Positions 57,590 to 64,000 of a stretch of DNA of 64,000 nt are shown here, one piece after another. A program made the position numbers and the translations under genes. Origin of the DNA: a virus (Duplodnaviria; Caudoviricetes); the IMG/VR virus record IMGVR_UViG_3300015607_003363, positions 43,910 through 107,909 of that record; one strand, given 5' to 3'. Numbering within the stretch: the stretch's first letter is position 1; each line of letters opens with the position of its first letter. Below the pieces are notes generated by a model. That model saw only the letters and a program-made list of their open reading frames with translations, was not told the DNA's origin and made no database searches.

Positions 57590-58128
57590 TGCCCGGATTT
57601 GCAGTTCGTAATATCGGAATTGGCCCACCCATCGCTGAAAGCCCAAAGACTAAGTATTCATGGCACTTGAATCAGGTATTTGGCGATCATGTCGTCATAA
57701 GGGGCCAGCGTGTCCTTACTCCTGTCGTGTATGCTAAGGATTGTACTCTACCAACGATGTTTTTCAAGTTAGGCTCTATCAAGGGTGCGTCTCTTGAATA
57801 CAAGTATGCTCAATCTGCTGGATTTGATGATGTCAGAATAGTATGGTATGACACTATTGGTTTGCGAGATATCATTAAGGGTTGGACTGACAGGATCTGG
57901 AATGAAGAGACTGGCATCCAACCAGCCGCGACATATAAGAAGATAACTCAAATAAAGCACTACGATTATACTGATTCCAAATTCGATCTATGGATCTTAC
58001 ATAATAGTTGGCCTTCAAGAATAGCTGCTGGTCAGTTGTCGTACGTAGATAATGAGATCAATCTGGTAGAGACGGTCGTAACTTACGATTGGGCTACCAA
58101 GGAATTACAAGCGGAGTTTGCCGGATAA
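57589..58128 (+). CDS. Tail tube-like protein 3 (gp19/gp54-like)
   Basis: AKDCTLP, F.DV.I.WYD, YKK, W.LHNSWP....GQLSY, V.YD. Confidence 0.75.
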   Translation: MPGFAVRNIGIGPPIAESPKTKYSWHLNQVFGDHVVIRGQRVLTPVVYAKDCTLPTMFFKLGSIKGASLEYKYAQSAGFDDVRIVWYDTIGLRDIIKGWTDRIWNEETGIQPAATYKKITQIKHYDYTDSKFDLWILHNSWPSRIAAGQLSYVDNEINLVETVVTYDWATKELQAEFAG

Positions 58129-59054
58129 TGCCAAACGATAATACACGTATCGTGAATGAAATTCCATTAGATTTAGAAATTCCTCATCGATCAAGTGACG
58201 ATAGTGTCTTAGATGAGATTTTGAGTCTTGGTCAAGACACTGTCACTCCATACTCTCAAGTCAAGCTGCCTAGTCTTGGACTTTATTATGATTGGAATGG
58301 CATCCAGTCTTGTGAAGTCCGTGCGATGAGTCGCAATGTTGAAAAGTTGATGACTAGACAGGATATGGCTCAGGATGGAACGGCCATTGATCAGATGCTG
58401 GCCTATTGCTGTCGTTTTCCAGTGCCGACAGATCCGCTGGATTTGCTGATCGGTGACAGAATGTATCTGATGTATTACATCAGAGGGCTGACCCATGGTA
58501 ATATGTATAAGTTCAGCACTGAATGTGGCAATTGCGGTCAGGGCGGTGTTTACGAATTCAATTTGGTTGATCTGCACAAGACAGTGATTTATGCAGATCC
58601 TAAGATTAAAGAGCCTCATGATGTGGTCTTGCCGGTCTACAGTGAGCGGCTGGGTCGGGAGATAACTGCTGGTATCTCATTCTTGCGTGGTCGTGACCTG
58701 TACAACTCCTTGCATGAGTATAAAGTGCAGAAATCCATGGTCAGGGGCGGCGGTAGAGTCAGGGCCGGTAAGCCGAAGGCCGAAACAAATGATCGAGCAA
58801 TGATGCTTGACAAGATCTCTGATGATGTGACTCTCAAGTCGATCTATTCGATCTGTGGTGTCCATAATCCTGAAAAGGTCAAGGCTATTGTCGATCAGAT
58901 GCACAGTTCTGATGTTGAAGTGATTAGAGCTTTCCTTGATCAATATATGCCTAGTATTGACACTACTGTCACCATTCAATGCGATAAATGCGATAAGGAT
59001 TTCGCAGTGGAGTTGCCTTTCACGGAATACTTTTTTCGGCCTAAGAAAACCTAA
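58128..59054 (+). CDS. Baseplate hub assembly chaperone (gp26-like)
   Basis: VKLPSLG..Y, VRAM...E, LLIGDR...IR...G..Y, two CxxC; ends FFRPKKT. Confidence 0.72.
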   Translation: MPNDNTRIVNEIPLDLEIPHRSSDDSVLDEILSLGQDTVTPYSQVKLPSLGLYYDWNGIQSCEVRAMSRNVEKLMTRQDMAQDGTAIDQMLAYCCRFPVPTDPLDLLIGDRMYLMYYIRGLTHGNMYKFSTECGNCGQGGVYEFNLVDLHKTVIYADPKIKEPHDVVLPVYSERLGREITAGISFLRGRDLYNSLHEYKVQKSMVRGGGRVRAGKPKAETNDRAMMLDKISDDVTLKSIYSICGVHNPEKVKAIVDQMHSSDVEVIRAFLDQYMPSIDTTVTIQCDKCDKDFAVELPFTEYFFRPKKT

Positions 59055-59268
59055 CGAAACCGATTACGAATATTTTCTCCGGCTTCAGGAGATAGAAAAG
59101 CGATGGTATGATCTTCAGGAGGAGCAATTCCTGCTGAAGAGGTACTGTAAGTTGTCTATTTTCGAACAAAATATGCTGACTGCAGAAGAAAGATTGTGGC
59201 AGCTGGAGAGAGAACAAAAAGAATTAGAAAAAGAAAATGAGAGGGCAAAACGAGAACAACCAAGCTGA
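59032..59268 (+). CDS. Start-less +1-frame extension of the gp26-like gene (gp51-like peptide)
   Basis: FFGLRKP...EQFLLKRYCKLSIFEQNMLTAEERLW; no usable ATG/GTG at its 5' end; overlaps at TTT TTT CGG. Confidence 0.55.
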   Translation, partial: FFGLRKPNETDYEYFLRLQEIEKRWYDLQEEQFLLKRYCKLSIFEQNMLTAEERLWQLEREQKELEKENERAKREQPS

Positions 59269-59284
59269 TAGATGAAAATACTAT

Positions 59285-60082
59285 ATGGACTCTCGAATAT
59301 CTGCTCGCGCTGGTCAAATAGTCAAACTCGACACCGTCTTTTACAGCGGTGGCGAGGTCTATGATCCATACGCTATTCGCGAAATCAATATCTATCGTGA
59401 TCAGGTACAAGCAGAGAATCTAGTTGCTTCTATTCCTATAGCAAACCCAGAACCGGATGACGATGCCTATCCAGATCCGATAGTGCAGACCGATACTGGC
59501 AAATACTACATGCCGTTTCTGGTCCCTGCGGATGCTGTAGTTCCTGCTGTCTATCTGGATGTCTGGACTTATTTTCCTACCAATCCGTGTGGTGGGACTG
59601 GCGGGACTGGCGGAACTAATCCATGTGATTTGGATAGTGCCGAGTTTACTGGCCTGTTGCTTTCATGCTGCCATAGGTTCTGGGCATATCCGGATAATTT
59701 ACATTGTGCAGACAACCTATTATCATTTCAGCTTGCTTTTGAACCATTAAATCAGAAATTTGGTACGACTGACAAGAGATATCTAGAAGTCGGTTTCATG
59801 CCAATGCCTTTATATGATTTTGATTATAATTTCTTTGCTCCTTTCTTGCCGAGTTTAAAGGCCACTATTAGCATTTATACTCGAAATGAGGAATTGCTGG
59901 TAGATTGCGATGATATGATAACTGGCCTTAGGCAGGGTCATTATCGGACGAATCCATTTGTGTTTAAGTGGCTTTTGAACGGATCTCAGTTTTTGATCGG
60001 TACGTACAAGTACAGAATAGCTGTTCAGTTTCCTGATGGAACTGTGCAGAATTCGTCTTATTTCAATTTCACGATCTTTTAA
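59285..60082 (+). CDS. Probable virion protein (Ig-like beta domains)
   Basis: DTGKYY, YLDVW, GTYKY; TNPC-GGTGGTGG-TNPC insertion. Confidence 0.6.
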   Translation: MDSRISARAGQIVKLDTVFYSGGEVYDPYAIREINIYRDQVQAENLVASIPIANPEPDDDAYPDPIVQTDTGKYYMPFLVPADAVVPAVYLDVWTYFPTNPCGGTGGTGGTNPCDLDSAEFTGLLLSCCHRFWAYPDNLHCADNLLSFQLAFEPLNQKFGTTDKRYLEVGFMPMPLYDFDYNFFAPFLPSLKATISIYTRNEELLVDCDDMITGLRQGHYRTNPFVFKWLLNGSQFLIGTYKYRIAVQFPDGTVQNSSYFNFTIF

Positions 60083-60083
60083 T

Positions 60084-60524
60084 ATGTCTACCGGCACTGG
60101 CGACAATCTGTATGTCTCGATTGACGATATCAATCCAGATCCGTTTGTATCGCTAACAACTATATATCAGGAACTATTGTATGTGACGTATGTTCCCGGA
60201 GATATACTAGTGGCTATCAGCACAGAAAGAACATCGTGTGGTGAATGCGTTCAAGTTCCATCTTTTCGATCCCAGCGTGAATTATTCTACGGTTTCAAAT
60301 ACAAAACTGTTCGTGTGATGTTGGCTGCGAATCTGAGAGATTACACTGATTATACTGTATATAGAAGAGACTTCCTCACTAATACTGTAGTGGAAGTGAC
60401 GTTTGATACTGTTTTGAAACCAAGAGACAGTATTGTGGCTATCTTGCCGGAAGTTGTCAATATTGATAGGTATCTCGAATTTTTGAATTCTCACAAGGAA
60501 TTGATTCCTACACGCGAAGTATAA
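60084..60524 (+). CDS. Hypothetical protein
   Basis: ATG 60084 right after the upstream stop. Confidence 0.6.
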   Translation: MSTGTGDNLYVSIDDINPDPFVSLTTIYQELLYVTYVPGDILVAISTERTSCGECVQVPSFRSQRELFYGFKYKTVRVMLAANLRDYTDYTVYRRDFLTNTVVEVTFDTVLKPRDSIVAILPEVVNIDRYLEFLNSHKELIPTREV

Positions 60525-60575
60525 TTATATAAAGCCATTTGATCTATAGGTATGGTGTGTTAGGAGAAATTCTAT

Positions 60576-60848
60576 ATGAAATTGTCGTTTTCTACAGGTG
60601 ATGCTGCTGCGGCTACTCATTTGAGCCAGCAGACTATAATAAGAAGCATTGATACTGGCATATTAAAAGGATATCGTGTGCCGAATTCGAAGTTCAGAAG
60701 AGTCTCTAGAGCAGCACTGATAGATTTCATGAATGAGTACAACATTCCTATTGAATTTTTAGAAGCTTTTGATATCAAACAGGCAGAAAAAGATCAAGCA
60801 AAACAGGCTAAGGCGATAAAGCAGACTGATCGGGCTGGCTGTTTCTAG
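60576..60848 (+). CDS. MerR/excisionase-like HTH_17 protein of Planctomycete response-regulator type, lacking the receiver domain
   Basis: FSTGDAA...SQQTIIRSIDTG.LKGYRVPNSKFRR...FM.EYNIP; AGGAG RBS. Confidence 0.8.
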   Translation: MKLSFSTGDAAAATHLSQQTIIRSIDTGILKGYRVPNSKFRRVSRAALIDFMNEYNIPIEFLEAFDIKQAEKDQAKQAKAIKQTDRAGCF

Positions 60849-60857
60849 CAGTATTAG

Positions 60858-61913
60858 TTGAATATGTACGTTCCATCAGAAACGCAGATTAGAAAGTTCG
60901 TCGCTGAACACTTCCCTAATTTCAAGGAAGCCAATTCGTCTAAAGTAGGCCCTATATTAAAGATAAATTCGCCTTTTGATGACGATCCGGACAGCAATAA
61001 ACGCAAATTCAATATTATTATAAGATCCGGCAAATGCAAGGATTTTCGAGGCGATTCTAAATGGACTACTGGCAATACCTCATTCATTTATTTTGTTCAG
61101 CTTTTTAAACGCTGTTCTTATAAAGAAGCCATTGAATTATTGGGTAAGTATGGCAAATTCGATCAGAAACGTGGCTTCAGTCTAAGGAAGCCTGAGGAAA
61201 TAATAGATGACGAAGCGAATACCAGTCTTATTCAATTGCCTGCTAGTGCTCAAGCGATAAATCCCAGCAGCACAAATTCTGCTCATGCTATTGCCATTCG
61301 ATGGCTCAAGAGGAGAGGATTTGGGCTGGAGTTTATTGAGAAGTACAATATTATGGTAAACGGATTGAATGTCCTATTTCCTTACTATGAAGGTGGCGAA
61401 CTGGTCTATTGGCAGCAGAGATCGACGGCAAATAAGTTCTTCGAATACCCAGATACTGAGAAGTGTAAGGTTGGCAAGGCCGATTTTCTTTATAATTTCG
61501 ATAATGTAGATCCGAATTTGCCTGTGGCTTTATTTGAGTCTATTTCTAATACTTTGACTATTGAAAGGCAAGCTTTGGCTACTGGTAGTGCTGATATTAG
61601 CCCCAAGCAGATCAAGAAATTGAAGATGGTCAATAAATGTCGGTGTGTCATACTGGCTTTTGATAATGATAAGCCCGGCATCAGTGCGATGGTGAAATTC
61701 TATAAAATATTGAATTCTGAAGGTTTTCGAGTCCAGTATGTCCTGCCACCGAAAATGCCTTCGAAAAAGGGCGGTGATATTACTGACTGGAATGAATTGT
61801 ATACTGATTTAGAAGAACCATGGTCTTTTGGCAGAATAAGAGATTATTTTAGGAAATCCATCCTTGAGCTAAATATGATTGAGGCGATCAAATTGCAAAT
61901 GCAGATGCGATAG
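60858..61913 (+). CDS. DNA primase (Toprim)
   Basis: WLKRRG, FPYY...YWQQR, LYNFD, FES, AFDNDKPG, DWNE. Confidence 0.85.
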   Translation: MNMYVPSETQIRKFVAEHFPNFKEANSSKVGPILKINSPFDDDPDSNKRKFNIIIRSGKCKDFRGDSKWTTGNTSFIYFVQLFKRCSYKEAIELLGKYGKFDQKRGFSLRKPEEIIDDEANTSLIQLPASAQAINPSSTNSAHAIAIRWLKRRGFGLEFIEKYNIMVNGLNVLFPYYEGGELVYWQQRSTANKFFEYPDTEKCKVGKADFLYNFDNVDPNLPVALFESISNTLTIERQALATGSADISPKQIKKLKMVNKCRCVILAFDNDKPGISAMVKFYKILNSEGFRVQYVLPPKMPSKKGGDITDWNELYTDLEEPWSFGRIRDYFRKSILELNMIEAIKLQMQMR

Positions 61914-61923
61914 AGGGATAGAT

Positions 61924-63213
61924 ATGCCAAATAGTAAGCCGGTTTCGGCATACTCGGCTATTGATTTGGTTCTTGGTGAAGATGGGTGTGCTAAAGACAC
62001 AGGTAATATTGGGATTTTATGTACTTCTTTGGAATGGTCTTCTTTTCTGAATCACGGGTATAAATTAAAGGTGTCTATTGATGATCCCGGTTATAAAATA
62101 TTAAAATCATTGAATGTGGATTCTGGCTATTTCAGATCAGCTATGGCCTGCAAGTTTAAGGCCAGATGCAGGCTAAGAGCAGTCAGGCCAATGGTAGAAA
62201 ATGAAACGCCGTGGACTGATTTCTTTGTGACATCTTTGTTTGATACGGCAAATAGCTCTGAACGTGCTTCTTTTGTTTTTACTGCTATCGATCTGCCATC
62301 ATGGTATCTCTGTGCCAATCCGGCTAGTGGTAAGGCCTATCGGGGTTCTATATCCGATGTGGTCAGGCAGGTTGCTACTGAGTTTGCTCCGGGTATTGTG
62401 GTCAATGTTGATGACACTATTGATAATCGCCAAAATGTTTGGTACTTGAACAGGCAATCGCCTAAGAATTTGATTATGCGTCTGATTGATTTCGGATCTT
62501 CTGTTTCTTCTATTAAGGGCAGAGTAGTTGTTAGTTCTGGCTCGCCGAATGTTTTAAATGTGGTTGATCAGTCCAAGATTAAATCGACGGACAGGGGATT
62601 TTTCTCGTGGCCGTCCGGAAATGTAGGCGATACCGCTATTTTTTCTTATGATGCTGTTAAGAAGAATTCATGGTCTAGATTGATTTCGGAAGTCTATACT
62701 TCTGGCATATCAATTACTACTGGTCAGCTTCTTGATCAGATCACTGATGGTGAAGGAAGATACACTAAAGTCGATGATAAGATGACTTCTACTAAAATTA
62801 ATGTCAAGGTGCCTATCGATCGTGCTTTTTCAAAGCCTAATGAGTCTGATCCTCCAGAAATAGGGAGGACTTATGTAGAGCCGGTCACTCCAATTTATTC
62901 GGCTGGCGACCTGGGTCTGAAATATCGTGATTATATTTCAGGCAAGGGCAGGCAGATGTATTTAGATGCTCAATATGATGTCAATAAGCTTGTTATTCAT
63001 ACTGTTGGACAGGGCGGATTTTTTGATGGTACTGGTTTAGGTGCTGATACGGTTACTATCGAATTTATTGATGCTGCCGGGCTACCTTTCTATATTCATG
63101 GTCAATGGATTGTGATGGGTTTCAGGCACTCATATAATAGAGGCCAATGGCGAACATCACTCTATCTTTCTAGACTTAGCTATAACAGTGCAGCCAAGAT
63201 AGTCGGACAGTAA
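61924..63213 (+). CDS. Baseplate hub / late-control-D-like protein (gp27-like)
   Basis: KAYRGSISDVV...RQSP..LI..L; G.W.V.GFRHSY....W.T.L.LSR. Confidence 0.6.
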   Translation: MPNSKPVSAYSAIDLVLGEDGCAKDTGNIGILCTSLEWSSFLNHGYKLKVSIDDPGYKILKSLNVDSGYFRSAMACKFKARCRLRAVRPMVENETPWTDFFVTSLFDTANSSERASFVFTAIDLPSWYLCANPASGKAYRGSISDVVRQVATEFAPGIVVNVDDTIDNRQNVWYLNRQSPKNLIMRLIDFGSSVSSIKGRVVVSSGSPNVLNVVDQSKIKSTDRGFFSWPSGNVGDTAIFSYDAVKKNSWSRLISEVYTSGISITTGQLLDQITDGEGRYTKVDDKMTSTKINVKVPIDRAFSKPNESDPPEIGRTYVEPVTPIYSAGDLGLKYRDYISGKGRQMYLDAQYDVNKLVIHTVGQGGFFDGTGLGADTVTIEFIDAAGLPFYIHGQWIVMGFRHSYNRGQWRTSLYLSRLSYNSAAKIVGQ

Positions 63214-63217
63214 TAAA

Positions 63218-63225
63218 TATAAATA
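63218..63225 (+). promoter_or_regulatory. T4-type late promoter consensus TATAAATA
   Basis: Exact octamer 20 nt upstream of the tape-measure start. Confidence 0.45.
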
Positions 63226-63245
63226 GAATAACTAGCGGGTGTTTT

Positions 63246-64000
63246 GTGCCACCATCAGGAAGCAGATTAACCAGAACTATCTCTGTCCAGCTTAATCTGG
63301 AAAAGGCGGATCAATATGCCTCTCAATTAAATGGAGCAGCCAGATCTGCTATAGAATTACAACAAAATGTCGAATCAATTGGCAAGGCTACGTCTAATAC
63401 TGTTGTTGAAATGCAGGCCCTTGTTGAGACGCAGACGCATCAAGTCGCTCAATTGCGGGAAATGCATAAGTCACATCTAGCTATAAGTAATGTTAATAAG
63501 GTCAGTGCATCGGCAGCGGACAAAATCTCCAAATTGAATCAGCAGGAAGTCGATTTATTAAAGACTCAGACCTCTAAAGTCTGGACGGAAATAAATAAGT
63601 CTCTGGAACAAAAGAATGCTAAGCACCAACAAGAACTGAAGCATGTTCAGGATGAGAACAAGAATCTTGTTGATATGATGAAGCTGTGGGATGGCATTAA
63701 GAAGAATATCAGAGACATCAATACAGCTACTACCAATTATATGTTGACAATGTTCAATGTATACGAAGCTATCCGCGCTGCCAATAAGGCATCCGACAAT
63801 TTCAACACTGCTAATTATCGCGTGTTTGGTTCTCAAATTCAGATCACCGCAGAGGCATATCGAACAGCAGCCGCTTTTGGATTGATGGGTGATGAAGTCA
63901 TACAGGCTTATAAGGCTTTGGGTGCACAGAGGCTGACCAATAATATCAATGACTTTAAGAAATTGTCTTTTGAAGCATTGGCCTTTTCACGTTCTACTGG
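63246..64000 (+). CDS. Probable tape measure protein (5' part; runs off the window)
   Basis: GTG 63246 with the frame open to the end (MPPSGSRLTRTISVQLNLEKADQYASQL...); helical, Ala/Gln/Asn-rich; follows the hub gene; absent from the ORF track. Confidence 0.65.
   Translation, partial: MPPSGSRLTRTISVQLNLEKADQYASQLNGAARSAIELQQNVESIGKATSNTVVEMQALVETQTHQVAQLREMHKSHLAISNVNKVSASAADKISKLNQQEVDLLKTQTSKVWTEINKSLEQKNAKHQQELKHVQDENKNLVDMMKLWDGIKKNIRDINTATTNYMLTMFNVYEAIRAANKASDNFNTANYRVFGSQIQITAEAYRTAAAFGLMGDEVIQAYKALGAQRLTNNINDFKKLSFEALAFSRST

Larger units (their letters stand above)
1..64000. mobile_element. Segment of a large tailed (myovirus-like, probably jumbo) bacteriophage genome
   Basis: T4-like replication genes (gp46/47, gp41, gp32, UvsX/UvsY, gp55-like) are intermixed with neck, sheath, tube, baseplate and tape-measure genes; no ribosomal or other cellular core genes. 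Confidence 0.93.

Noticed and set aside
970-63836. Numerous 60-170 aa ORFs antisense to or nested within long genes
   Set aside because: They are shadows of well-supported genes and have no motifs or RBS.
1-64000. CRISPR array, tRNAs, rRNA
   Set aside because: No regularly spaced direct repeats or cloverleaf/T-loop-CCA patterns were seen, and intergenic space is minimal. Eye-scanning could miss a degenerate tRNA.
41547-64000. Bacterial contractile injection system or tailocin
   Set aside because: Neck proteins, primase and a full phage replication module are interleaved, which indicates a phage genome.
1-64000. Stop-codon reassignment as seen in some large phages
   Set aside because: Conserved genes are full-length in code 11, and TAA, TAG and TGA all terminate genes at expected positions.

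Overview
The window reads as a densely coding segment of a large (probably jumbo) myovirus-type phage genome distantly related to T4-like phages. It uses the standard genetic code, and I saw no tRNA, rRNA or CRISPR array. It contains: (i) replication, recombination and nucleotide genes (ThyX, gp46/47-like SbcCD, DinG-like helicase, RecA/UvsX, DnaB/gp41-like helicase, a miniature PolA, UvsY-like, gp32-like SSB, 5'-3' exonuclease, Hjc-like resolvase, primase, dUTPase, family-4 UDG); (ii) two divergent sigma-like genes; (iii) a dispersed nucleotide-sugar and glycosyltransferase set (Gmd, Fcl, KdsB-like, DUF115/MAF-like, GT9 plus DUF4254, GT2, CgeB-like GT); (iv) a neck/sheath/tube/baseplate/tape-measure module interrupted by an insert of about 8.7 kb. 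The most notable signals are these. A PurZ-type (2-aminoadenine, Z-DNA) synthetase is preceded by a nucleotide N-glycosidase-like gene and a DeoC-like gene rather than datZ/mazZ. Two endonuclease-Mom-like acetyltransferase fusions share their catalytic modules but have different DNA-binding modules. There is also a hairpin-dense ~470-nt candidate ncRNA, a likely +1 frameshift in the baseplate/tail chaperone gene, and RBS-sequestering hairpins at structural genes. A Planctomycete-type HTH and an exported CxxCH protein point to a Planctomycetota host. All functional calls come from motif recognition by eye; no database searches were run.
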